A DNA stretch of 36,758 nt, taken from the NCBI GenBank assembly GCA_041489255.1, contig JBGPQV010000025.1:1-36758 (forward strand), in the 5' to 3' direction. The notes under the pieces were generated by a model, which worked only from the letters and a program-made list of their open reading frames with translations, did not search any database and had not been told where the DNA came from. Of the stretch, positions 1-10,600 are shown one piece after another. The DNA comes from Thermoplasmata archaeon. GTDB taxonomy: Archaea > Thermoplasmatota > Thermoplasmata > RBG-16-68-12 > JAFNFQ01. The translations under genes and the position numbers were made by a program. The number at the start of each line of letters is the position of its first letter. The first letter of the stretch is position 1.

Positions 1-185
1 CGTGCCATACTGCGCCATAGGCGCAGTAATACTTAATACCTCGTCCGCCATACCGGTTCAGTGAGCTGCCTTGGCGGGAGGCAGCGGCCATGGAGAGATT
101 GCTGTCAGTCAGGAGTCAAGGGAGTTTTTGTGCAAGCCTGGGATGTCCAGAAAGCTTTTATCACCGCCACCGCAATGGCCGTCCC

Positions 186-803
186 ATGAAGAACCTCGAG
201 AGAATAATCGATGAGATAGAGTCTCAGTTCGACGACACCGACAACGCGCGGGAGCTCTGTCTCAAATCATCGAGGACGATAACGCGCCTCGCGAGCGGAG
301 CGCTCCGCCATCTGCACAGGGGCGAGGACATCGACTCGCTTGTGCAGGAAGCGAGGGAAGAGGTGTCGAAGCTGAGAAGCGTGCTCGCGGACCACCAAGA
401 ACTCCTACATTCAGGCTATGTGGAAGAAGCGCTTCAAGAGTTCACCGAGGTTGTCATAGTCGATCATATCTTGAAAGAGAAAGCACTCCCTGCACCGAAG
501 GAAATCGGTGTGCCCAACGCGGCCTACCTGCTTGGCCTGGGTGATGTCGTCGGCGAACTCAGGCGTGAGGCCCTGGAACGCCTCAGGAAGGGTGACCTTG
601 CACAAGCGACTCGTTACCTCGAGGGCATGGAAGAGATATATGACCAACTGATGAGGTTCGACCACCCGTCCGCGATAGTGCCGATCAGACGAAAGCAGGA
701 CGTGGCCCGCACATTGATCGAGAAGACGAGGGGGGAGATAGCTGTCGCGACGAGGGGCAAAGTCCTCGAGGACAAGATAGGGGGACTGGAAGGCAAGCTG
801 TGA
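186..803 (+). CDS. Archaeal translin/Trax-family RNA-binding protein
   Basis: All-helical ~205 aa; motifs ARE..LKSSR, QEFTE, YLLGLGDVVGELRR, RRKQDVAR. Start placed at ATG 186 (MKNLERII), downstream of an AT-rich TATA-like aaagcttttatc. Confidence 0.9.
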   Translation: MKNLERIIDEIESQFDDTDNARELCLKSSRTITRLASGALRHLHRGEDIDSLVQEAREEVSKLRSVLADHQELLHSGYVEEALQEFTEVVIVDHILKEKALPAPKEIGVPNAAYLLGLGDVVGELRREALERLRKGDLAQATRYLEGMEEIYDQLMRFDHPSAIVPIRRKQDVARTLIEKTRGEIAVATRGKVLEDKIGGLEGKL

Positions 804-887
804 GGGGTAGTCTCAGGTCGGACTTTGGAAACGAAACATATTTAATCAGATGGCTGAGTGTTCAGAGGCGCAGGAGGAGCATGTACG

Positions 888-1817
888 ATGTCCCCTGAAC
901 TCGAGATGCGCGCGGTAGATTCGAAAGTGACGACCAGAAAACGAGTCCCGACGGGGATTCCAGGGCTGGACAACCTTCTGGAGGGAGGGTTCCTCGAGAA
1001 GACGACGGTGGTGCTCATCGGTTCGAGCGGGACGGGCAAGACCACCTTCGCGGCCCAGTTCATCATGCACGGGCTTGAGAACGGTGAGCAGGCCCTCTAC
1101 GTGTCCTTGGAGGAGCCACCGGAGCAGATCATCAAGGCGGGCGAGTCGATGGGGTTCGAGCTAGGGAGCCACGTTGACAAGGACCTCTTCTTCATCCACC
1201 TGAAGGGCAAGAACTTCAAGAAGATGATCGAGGAACAGCTGCCGCAGCTCGTCAAGGCGAGGGCGGGCTACGACCTCACGACGCGTGTGGTGATCGACCC
1301 GATGACCCCGGTGATTTGGGCCACGCAGGACAAGCTCGAGCAAAGGGAACTGATTGGCAAGCTGTTCTACACTCTGAAGGAACTTGGCGTCGTTCTGTGC
1401 ACGGTCGAGGAGCATGCGAAACCCGGCGAGACGATAGGAGAGGACGTATTGCTCCCGCTGTACCTGAGCGACGGCGCGATCCACCTGGAGTTCTTCCCGA
1501 TAGGAGGCGCGTTCAACAGGACCTTGAGGATCCTCAAGATGAGGAATATTCACCATGGAGAGGGAGTGTATCCGTACATCTTCGCGAGAGGGGTCGGCAT
1601 CGTGGTCAGAGCCGCCCCGGTGGACGTCCCGCCGGAAAGAGAGAAGAGCTACGACAAGGTCTTCGATGAGGCGCTGCGCACAGCAGAGAGCCTCAAAGCC
1701 AGCCAGGCTTTGATGCGCAAATTGAGGATAATGAGGGATACCTGGGACTACGACTACTCACCCGAGGAAGCGCTCCAGACCATTTTCGACTCATATGACC
1801 TCAAGCGAGTGAAGTAG
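888..1817 (+). CDS. KaiC/RAD55-family single-domain RecA-superfamily ATPase with C-terminal helical extension
   Basis: RVPTGIPGLDNLLEGG, Walker A GSSGTGKT, SLEE, Walker B VVID, RTLRILKMR. GGAGG SD upstream of ATG 888. Confidence 0.92.
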   Translation: MSPELEMRAVDSKVTTRKRVPTGIPGLDNLLEGGFLEKTTVVLIGSSGTGKTTFAAQFIMHGLENGEQALYVSLEEPPEQIIKAGESMGFELGSHVDKDLFFIHLKGKNFKKMIEEQLPQLVKARAGYDLTTRVVIDPMTPVIWATQDKLEQRELIGKLFYTLKELGVVLCTVEEHAKPGETIGEDVLLPLYLSDGAIHLEFFPIGGAFNRTLRILKMRNIHHGEGVYPYIFARGVGIVVRAAPVDVPPEREKSYDKVFDEALRTAESLKASQALMRKLRIMRDTWDYDYSPEEALQTIFDSYDLKRVK

Positions 1818-2606
1818 ATGAGCTACCACGGAAGGGTCGAAAAGACCATGGAGGCCGAGAGTACTGGCCTTCTGAGCCACCTAATCCAGACAGCACTGGA
1901 CCGTGTGCGCGAGGAGAACAAATTCGACATCGTCATGTTCCTAGGTATCGACGGCCGCATCTTTTGCTCGAGCATCCCCAATCTCCTGGACAGTGCGCAA
2001 TATCAACTGCTCAACATGGTAAAGGAGAACCTCCCCCACATCTGTTCGCAGCTGGCGACCAAGAACCTCCTGCTGAGCATGCAACGCTATGAGACGGGCT
2101 CGATGATTATCTCGGGCGTCGGCGACAAAGCGTTCCTCGTGTTCCTGATGACGTCCGAACTCGACGTCGCAAACCTCGGTCCGATAGCCAAGAAGGTTCT
2201 GAACACCAGCGTCGTAGTTCATCACCTGATGGAGCTGAAACCGATAACCATCGAGGCGACGAAGAGCTACGACGAGGAGGTGTCGACAGAGCTCCGCAAG
2301 CTCTCCAGGCTGCTGTTCGTCGAGAAGTTCGATTCCACCCGCCAGTACAGGAAGAACATGGAGGTCCACAAGTACTTCAAGGAGGAACTCGGCCAGGTCC
2401 TCGAGAGGGGGCTCCTGGACGAAGTCATAACCATGGCATACAATGAGGTGGGGACATCCGCCGCCTACATGAACGACCGGCAATGGGAGTCGCTGCTGGG
2501 ATTGATACTCGAGGAAGTGAGGAAACTGTGCGGCGATGTCGTGGCCGACAGGTGCTCCAAGAAATGGAAGCCAGAGGTCGAGCGCTTGCTGCAATCATTC
2601 GTGTGA
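1818..2606 (+). CDS. Roadblock/LC7 (MglB-like) domain protein with C-terminal helical domain
   Basis: Pattern IVMFLGIDGRIFCSS...helix...SMQRYETGSMIISGVGDKAFLVFL...LGPI resembles the roadblock fold. Abuts the KaiC stop; ATG 1848 is an alternative start. Confidence 0.65.
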   Translation: MSYHGRVEKTMEAESTGLLSHLIQTALDRVREENKFDIVMFLGIDGRIFCSSIPNLLDSAQYQLLNMVKENLPHICSQLATKNLLLSMQRYETGSMIISGVGDKAFLVFLMTSELDVANLGPIAKKVLNTSVVVHHLMELKPITIEATKSYDEEVSTELRKLSRLLFVEKFDSTRQYRKNMEVHKYFKEELGQVLERGLLDEVITMAYNEVGTSAAYMNDRQWESLLGLILEEVRKLCGDVVADRCSKKWKPEVERLLQSFV

Positions 2607-2615
2607 GGTGACAGT

Positions 2616-3236
2616 TTGCTGGATGTCGCCTTAGTCTCACTCATAAACGACCTCAGTGAAAAGGCGGGAGCTGATGGAGTCATTCAGTTTTGGCAGCGTG
2701 TGGGCGAGAACCTGGCCAGCAGGATGGGGAAAGAGGCCTATCTTGGATGGCCATCGTTCAACGTGGCGGTGCGTGAGGGCAGGACCGCCTTCAGCATCGA
2801 GGGCGAGACCGTCACCCTCACCGACATGGCGATCATGGACGTTGACGGGGACGTCGTCGGCTACCTCTATGCGCTTAAGCAATGTGTCTTCCTTCCCACG
2901 ATCCTCCGTGTGAGGTACACATCGGGTGACCTCCCTAGGGCCGATCGCGAGGTCGCGCAGGAGTACAACGATTCGCATCACAACATCGCTATCTGCAACT
3001 TCTGCGTGTTCCATGAGAGGTTCCGAGAGGAGGTCGCGAAGAACATCGCAGTCTCAAGCCAGCCCCTCAATTGCCTGCTCCTGGCGACCAGGGGCTTCAC
3101 CGGCGAGACGAAGATATCCACGAAGAACCTCCAGAAGATCGGCATCAACCCGGAGCACGTGAGGGCGCTGCTCAGGAACTACGAGTGCGTCTACGCGCTC
3201 GAGATGCGCGGCGCTAGGCTCAAGGAGGGCGACTGA
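2616..3236 (+). CDS. V4R/MetOD1-like putative metal- or ligand-binding protein (paralogue A, Cys-containing)
   Basis: TTG start with GAGGTGA SD; N-terminal FWQRVGENLASRM helix, KQCVF, ICNFCVFH, ECVYAL. Confidence 0.55.
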   Translation: MLDVALVSLINDLSEKAGADGVIQFWQRVGENLASRMGKEAYLGWPSFNVAVREGRTAFSIEGETVTLTDMAIMDVDGDVVGYLYALKQCVFLPTILRVRYTSGDLPRADREVAQEYNDSHHNIAICNFCVFHERFREEVAKNIAVSSQPLNCLLLATRGFTGETKISTKNLQKIGINPEHVRALLRNYECVYALEMRGARLKEGD

Positions 3237-3841
3237 TGGCCCGCCTGATGGAGAGCAATCCGTTCGTCGAGGTCGCCACCCACTTCTTCCTGGAGGATCT
3301 CGCGGACAAGGTGGGAATCCAAGGCTTGAACAACTATCTCATCGGTCTGGCCAAGACTCTTGCCAACCACATGCCTGAGGAGGAGTGGCGGGACTGGAAG
3401 GAGTTCCTGGAGGCGATGCGCGCTGGAGACACGATGCTCTCGGCGTTTGAGGACGTCGTCGCCCTGACGGATTGCTGCATGGTTACAAGACATTCGCCAT
3501 TCGAGCGTGGCTGGCGGGAATACGTCAAGCGGGTGGGCAGCTTCTCTCCCGCGCACAAGAAAGTCGCCGAGTTCTACAACAAGAACGTCAAGCCGACCGC
3601 GGTGAACTCGCTCCACATAATCCTGCAGACCTTCAGAGCAGCCGCGGCCCCGCGCGTCAAGGTCGCGGGCAAGAGCGTGCGCTACGCGCAGATAGCGACC
3701 GTCTGGCCAGATGGTCAGAGAATGGTTGCCTCGGACGCTGAGAGGCCCGAGCTGCTCAAGAAGGCGGGAATATCGGAAACGAAATTGAGGATGCTCCTCC
3801 GCGATAACGCCGAAGTCTGGATACTCTGGACAGAAAAGTAG
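3236..3841 (+). CDS. V4R/MetOD1-like protein (paralogue B, putative metal ligands lost)
   Basis: TGATG overlap with previous gene; aligns by eye end to end with the 2616-3236 product. Confidence 0.55.
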   Translation: MARLMESNPFVEVATHFFLEDLADKVGIQGLNNYLIGLAKTLANHMPEEEWRDWKEFLEAMRAGDTMLSAFEDVVALTDCCMVTRHSPFERGWREYVKRVGSFSPAHKKVAEFYNKNVKPTAVNSLHIILQTFRAAAAPRVKVAGKSVRYAQIATVWPDGQRMVASDAERPELLKKAGISETKLRMLLRDNAEVWILWTEK

Positions 3842-3853
3842 TACAGAATAGGC

Positions 3854-4624
3854 TCAGCGTGTCTTCTTTCTGCGCCTGTAGGCAATCACCAAGAGCAATC
3901 CGCCCACGAAAATCAAGGCAGCGAACAAGATGAGATATCCCGTCGCAAGTTCCCCGCCCATCCTGTAGAAAGTGTCGAATGCCACGACTTCACCTTTGGA
4001 GGGGTCGATTACCCCGTTCCCATCAATGTCGGCCTCTACCCTTATCGTGTGCTGACCAGCGTTCAAACCTACTGGTATCCAGCTGAGCGTCGCCGTTCCC
4101 CTGTCGCCCGGATTGATGCGGCTTATCACCTTGGAACCCGCAAAAACATCATCCACGTAGAAGCGGACCGTCGTATTCAGCACGGCGGCACCGCCATTGT
4201 TCTTAAAACTCGCGGTCAATGTCAGGGGTGCCAGCACCTGCACCGTGAGCGTTTTCCTCACCGTGGCATTGGCCGTGCTGTTCCCAGAGGTCGCCTCGAC
4301 CACGAGGTCGAAGCTGCCTTCGTTGCTCGGGGCTGTGACGTTGACCTCGTAGGTCTTGTTCTGACCGCTCCGTTCGCCGGGACTCCCGGCCAAGGGAGAT
4401 GCGCCGCCAAGATTCGAACCCTGGACCCAGTACTTGATCGTGTAGTTCCCGTTGTTCTCGGCCGGACCGCCGCTGACATTCACGTAGTAGATCGCGACCT
4501 GCTGAGGCGTCATTGCCGCCGGCCCTTCCACGTTGAGCGCGACTGGTGTTTGGGCCCGGCCGCCAGGCTGCGCGATGATGAACACCATCGTCACGAACGC
4601 CGCGACGAGCAGAACGCGTCTCAT
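3854..4624 (-). CDS. Exported, C-terminally anchored Ig-like/CARDB-domain glycoprotein
   Basis: Signal peptide MRRVLLVAAFVTMVFIIAQPGGRA; CARDB-like ASFKNNG...VRFYVD...GQHTIRVEAD; C-terminal TM followed by RRRKKTR; many N-x-S/T sequons; ATGA overlap with aglB stop. Confidence 0.75.
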   Translation of the reverse strand: MRRVLLVAAFVTMVFIIAQPGGRAQTPVALNVEGPAAMTPQQVAIYYVNVSGGPAENNGNYTIKYWVQGSNLGGASPLAGSPGERSGQNKTYEVNVTAPSNEGSFDLVVEATSGNSTANATVRKTLTVQVLAPLTLTASFKNNGGAAVLNTTVRFYVDDVFAGSKVISRINPGDRGTATLSWIPVGLNAGQHTIRVEADIDGNGVIDPSKGEVVAFDTFYRMGGELATGYLILFAALIFVGGLLLVIAYRRRKKTR

Positions 4625-7600
4625 CGTCTGCTCCTCCGGTACCTGTCCCTCACCGCCAGGACCACGAAGATCACTGCGACGGCAGCGAACGCGCCCGTTA
4701 TTGTGATGAGCGTCATGTTCCACCCCACCTGCCTTTCGACTCTGCCGCCGCCCACCGCGACGTTGCCTTCCAGGGAGAGCTGGGGCAGGACGGTCGGCAC
4801 ATCCAGGGTGCTTTCCATACCATTCTGCAGTTCGACCTTCACCCTCGCGACCAACCCCGGCAGCCCGCCGGTGTTCTCCATGACGAGCGTCACGCGGGTT
4901 GTCGCGTTCGCGCCGACCGTGATTCCGGTGATGACGTCGTCGTAGGCCGTGGAATTGACGCGGATCTTGGCAATCCATCCGAGATCTGCCATCGTGGGTG
5001 CATTCGTGACAGTCATGTTGACCAGCTCGACCGCATTGCCCGTGTTGGCAATCTCCAGCGTGTAGTTCAGATACTTGCCATCGAAGACCGGTTTGACCTC
5101 GGTCGTGCGCAGCGCGATGCCTTGAGTCCTGGTCACATTCAAGGGTAGCTTCAGAGTGAACCTATTGACCGTTGCGTTGATGCAGTACCCCGTGATGCTC
5201 ACGTCGGGATGCTCCACGTTTGCACCGAATGGCACCTTGACGGTGGCGACGACGGTTTCATAATTGACCGGTATTCCATCCACGGCTCCGAAATCCACGT
5301 TGACGATGTCATTGTTGAACTCCACCGTCCAGCCTGCCGTGGCGCCTTCCAGCTTGTATGTGTCCGGCATGCTCCCTGTGTTCGTCACTCTGATCAGGAA
5401 ATCTACCGAGCTGCCGGCGGCGAACGTTGGCTGATCGGAGGTGGTGTTGTAGCTCATGGCGATGCCATGCCGCGGTATCCTGGCCAGACCTATCTCCCCG
5501 AGAGAAGTGTCGCCTTCGACAGTCCTCGCGAGGGTGTTGTTGTACCCGACCATCAGACCGTGCTCGGTGAGCATGGCCAGCATCTTGATCGCGTACCGCT
5601 GCGCAGGCACGTAGAACTCGAGGTTGCCATTGTCGTCGGTGTAAACATCCCAGAAGATGGAATCGGTGAACGTCACCTTGGTTGTAATCCTCGCATGGTC
5701 GAGGTACGTCGTGACGCCGGTGACCTTGTAGCCCTTCTCGAGGCTGAGATTCATGTACTTCGACGTGCGCGGCTCGACATTAATGTACTGGAGCGAAACG
5801 CCGTGGCTGACCGGATCGTATACCCGCATCATGTATGCGGCCGGGGCCAGCTGTATGCTGTAGGTGCCGTCGGCTGCGGTGGCGGCGGTCAGGTTGATAC
5901 CTTCGGGCCCGTCTGGCCTGAACTCGAGAGTCGCAGTGATGGGCAGGCCTTGATACTCCATGTGTCCCGTGATCGTCGAGTTGTCCAGCGTCCTCGTGAG
6001 AGTCAAGTCGTAGGTGATCTGGAAAAGCGTCTGCGGAACGACCAGAATCGATGAATGTGCATAGCGCACGTATCTCTTCGTGTAGTCGATCGTGGCTGTG
6101 CTGGGATAGTCCACGCTGACCGTGTAGTTGCCAGCCACCAGATTAGCGGAATAGCTGCCCTCGGAGTCGGTATTCGTCTGGTAAGTCGCCCCCCCGTCAC
6201 TGACGAAACTTACCGGCGCAACCTCAAACAGATCCGCGTTGTCGTACTTGAGCCGGCCCGAGACAGCAGCTGCCCTGTCAAGGCCGACCTGCAATTGGAG
6301 CGGGGCCGCCACAGTCAGACTCTCAAACGCCGCATAGTAGACGCTGCTCTCGTTATAGCTCGCGTAGAGCGTGTAATCCCCTTCCGCGAGCATGAGATCG
6401 AACGACCCGTCCGCGGCGGCGGTAAACTGGGAGGACTCCGGCCCCTGGAACGCCATGAATGCCGCCTTCGGCACGCCTTGAACGTTGACCGTGCCAGAGA
6501 CGGACATTCTCAGGAAGAGCTGCAGGTTCCTCGTGATACTCGCTCCACCGACCTGCAATGACAACGTCTCGGTCCTGGAGTTCTGGAACCTGACATCGGC
6601 TTGACCGGCCACTTGGGGCTGATCGACATTGATTGTGTATCTGCCCGGAACCAAGTCAATCACGTAGATGCCTATGGACTCGTCTGAGAAGGCTGAAACA
6701 TTGACCGCGCTCGAATCTTTCGCCACGAACTTGATCTCGACAGATTCACCCACGAGTGGCGTTCCCTGGAGGAAGAGCTGCCCGGTGACTGTGACGTTGT
6801 ACGGCAGGAGGGATGACGTGAACTTGGGCGCAAGCGCTATCAGGCTGGCGGGTCCAAGACTCAGCGTTTGGAAGCCTGCCTTGCTGACCTGCATCACATA
6901 TGTGCCATTCGAAGGGAGAGTGAGCTCATAGCGGCCCTCGGTCCCGGCGAAAGTCTCGGCGGTTGTACCAGACGGGTCGGTGAAGGTGATGCGTGCGTCC
7001 TCGGTCCCCTCTCCGGGCTCAAGGAATCCATTCCTATTCTTGTCATAGAACATCTGACCGCCGACCGACGTCCCGACCTTCAGGCTGATATCATAGTTCA
7101 GGCTCGCGAAGAAACCCTCACTCTTCAGATACGACAGGTTGTAGAACCCCGCCTGGACTACATAATATCCCTTGGACAGGTAGGCCAGATATCCGCCGTC
7201 CGCGGATGACGTTCTGACGCTGACCGAGGCGACGCCATTGTTGAAGGTGACGCTCAGACCGCCGATGCCGCCCTTGGTCTTGTCGACGGAGTACGCGATT
7301 CCCTGCACGACGACGCCCTCGGAGAAATTCGGGTCGAATATCGTGTCGGTTCCCTCTGCGACCGTCACCCTCCCGACGAATGCGTACAGTTGACCCTGCC
7401 TGTAGTGTCTGGCATTGACATCATATGTCCCGAGCGGGAGCCGGATTGAATACGAACCTGTCTCGTCTGTAAGTATGGTCGTGCTGACCTGGGTGGCTCC
7501 GACCCTGTTGATGTTGAGCAACACGCCGCCCTGGAGCAATCCCGCGATGGATGTCTTGCCCTTGAGCAGGCCGGAGAGAGCGAGCGTCATGTTGTAAATC

Positions 7601-10600
7601 GTGGTGGCGGTGCCTCCCACCTTCATGTGCTGGGGGAGGGTCGCGTTGGCCCCAAGGCTGGCTGAGATCGTGAAATTGCCCGGCAGTACATCGAAGCCGT
7701 ACTGACCTGTGCTGCTCGTCCGGATGATGAGCGAGTTGCCCCACGCCTCGTCGAACGCCTCAACAGTCGCACCAGAGGCGGTGATGTTCCCTGGGAGCAA
7801 CACGGTCCCCTCGATCTTCGCCGTGTTCAGCGGTATGTTCTGGAGATCATCCGTCTTGCCGACGGTGATTGACGGGGCGGCGATCGTCCTCCCGCGGAAT
7901 GTGACTGTGGTTGTGTACTGGCCCTCATACGCGTGTTCCAGGAGATAGATCCCGTTGCTGTACGTGGTGACCGTCCTCACCAAGTTCAGGCTATTGTGCT
8001 TGAACGAAATCTGGGCGTTGGCAACGGAGTCCTCCCCCGTTGTCTGGTTCCCGTCCCTGTTGACGTCTATGAAGGAGATTCCGCTGATGGTGACCCCTCT
8101 CACGATTATGTTGCGCACGATGTTGTAGTCGGCCAGACCATCTCCGTTCCTGTCGATCTCGAGCCTCATCGCCTGATCGTCGCTGATGGTGAGGAACTGT
8201 TGATCCAGGACGGTCGCGCCCGTCATGGAACGCGCATCCATGGTGCCAATCGAAGCTACCACCCTGACTTGGCCAAATGGCGTGAGCAAGCTGTACCTTC
8301 CATTCTGGTCTGTGAGGACCGAATAATGAGGCGTCGGATTCGTCGGGTCCTCGTAGTCCTGAACCGTGACGCGCACGCCTGGCAGGGGCGTGACGCCGTC
8401 GACTGTCACAGTCCCGTTGATGTACGCGCCATCGTAGTACTTCAGGAAGACTGTACCGCTGCTTGCGAGAGTCGAGTTGCTGAAATCGATAACACCGGTC
8501 ATCTCATTGCGATTTATCTTACGCTGCAGGTTGAGCGCGCCATCTTCGCCGAAGTAGTTGATCGCTGTCCAGTCCTCGCTGTAGTTCTGGTAGTCATTCA
8601 ACCCCCAAGGATTGAAATAGGCCGTCTTGTAGACGACCTTGAAGTGGCTCATATTCCAGCCCTGCATGGGCATCATCGACTGGAGGTCTCCGCGGATACC
8701 CGGAAGGCAGTCACTGGAGGAGCATGCCTGGTTGACATCGGTAGGCCCGAACCCCATGTAAGCGCGGTAGAACATGCTGTTGTAGAACATGTCGGTGTAC
8801 TTTATGTTCAGACTGCTGGTCGTCGCGCCGACGGGGACGCTGTCTGCAGGGAATGTGCCCTTGTCCGTCACTGCCTCGATGTTGAAGAAATCGATCGGTA
8901 GGACGCGGCCGTCCGGCAGGTTCTCGACTCTGTGGTCTGACAGCTTCACTGGCGCGTAGAATATATTGTTACCGCTGCCGGTGGTCGGGAACATCCTAGA
9001 GTCCACACCGAAATACCGTATCGACCATCCGGTCGTCTTTGAGATGTCGTGGTATAGGGAAGCCATCTGGTCCGTTGTGGTCATTGTGTCAAGGTAATGA
9101 CTCAGGTAGATGTAGATGGCGTTCAACGGCTGCATCCTCGTATCCCAGCGTCCGTACGTGATGGGGTCGCCCAGGACAGCATCTATCAGGGGCGATGGGT
9201 TGTGATATGCGTCAACGATCTTTGAGGAATCCACCCCGTAGCGCTCAAGATCCGTCATGACACCTCGGCTCAGCTGCCCCTTGTTGGCGTAATAATCGCC
9301 CTCGATCAATCTGATTGTGAGTAGCGCGATGGCAGCATCCTCACTTTGCGCGGTGATGAACTGCCCTGCTAGCTGGTATCCGTCCTGGAAGTTGTCTGCC
9401 ACTGTGGGATGTTCTCCCCTGTCGACCGCCTCGAAGCCGTAGTCCCACCAGCTCAGGTAGGCCGGCCGCTGCTCTGGCACCACTTCGGTATCTTGTTTGG
9501 CGAACCATTCCCACGCGGCGGGGAAGTAACCTGAAGTCAGAGGCAGTGAATACCCGAATGCCCCGAAGTAGAACGTGTTCGTGCCCCTGCCCGTCGGGGG
9601 CGTGTAACCCTGCGGCCTCAGAAAGTCGGGCATGGTGTAGTAAATCTGCCGGTCGTAGGCCGCCTTCTCTTCATACGGTATTGAAGCGTCCACGCCGAAC
9701 CAGACATTCGGGAGCAGCAGGAGGAATACTATGAATAGGGCGCCAAGGATGTGCCTAACTTTGACACTCTTCCTGATTGCGGTGAGCTTGCTGCCGCCTG
9801 AGAGACTGTGGAATGTCTTTTTCATCGTTTCGAAGTCGAGCCATCCCACCATCAGCACGATTACCCAACCGGCAGTAATAGCGAACGCTGGGCTGGCATT
9901 GAAGATGAATCGGGCCGCAGCCATCGACATGAAAATCGCTGCGAAGCTCCATGTCAACACGAACAGGTAGTCTGGCTCCTGCCGCTTGGGCAGCTTCCAT
10001 GCCATCCAGAACAGGCCGAAGAGGGAAAGGTAAAACGTGACCGCTCCGAAAGACAGAATCGCTTGGCTCAGCCCCGGAGGCTGCGCCTCTGCTATCGTTT
10101 CATACAACTTAGTCGGCACGAAGTAGCCTGCACCGCTCACGAAGGCGTTTGCGACGGCGGGATTGACGATCACGAGTATTGCAAACAGAGCGCCGCTTGT
10201 CACCAGCACCGAGGGGAGGATGATCGCCCACGGGTAGTTGCGCGTTATCGTCAGGACGAGGCCGAGGGCCGTGGCTGCGAGGAACAGTATAAGGGGCACG
10301 TCGTACCAAGTCTTGACCTGGCCATAGAGGACATACCAGGGAGCGGCAAGAAGGAGCGCGACACCCATGGTGATCGTGAAGCATATGCCTATTCCCATCG
10401 GATCCTTGTCACGCAAGCGGTCGACGAACAGCTGGAGGATGACGTAAACCAAGAGAATGATTGGGGCATAGGCCCAGCCCTGCCAGATCAGCGCGACAGT
10501 GGCCATGGCCATCCCGGACATGACGCTGTAGAGCACGGCCTTCTGGTTTTCCTTGAAGAATACGTTGAGGCCAGAGACGATGGAGGACCGCCCGTCCTTG

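Noticed and set aside
888-1817. Circadian clock KaiC
   Set aside because: Single ATPase domain, no ST phosphosite motif, no kaiA or kaiB.
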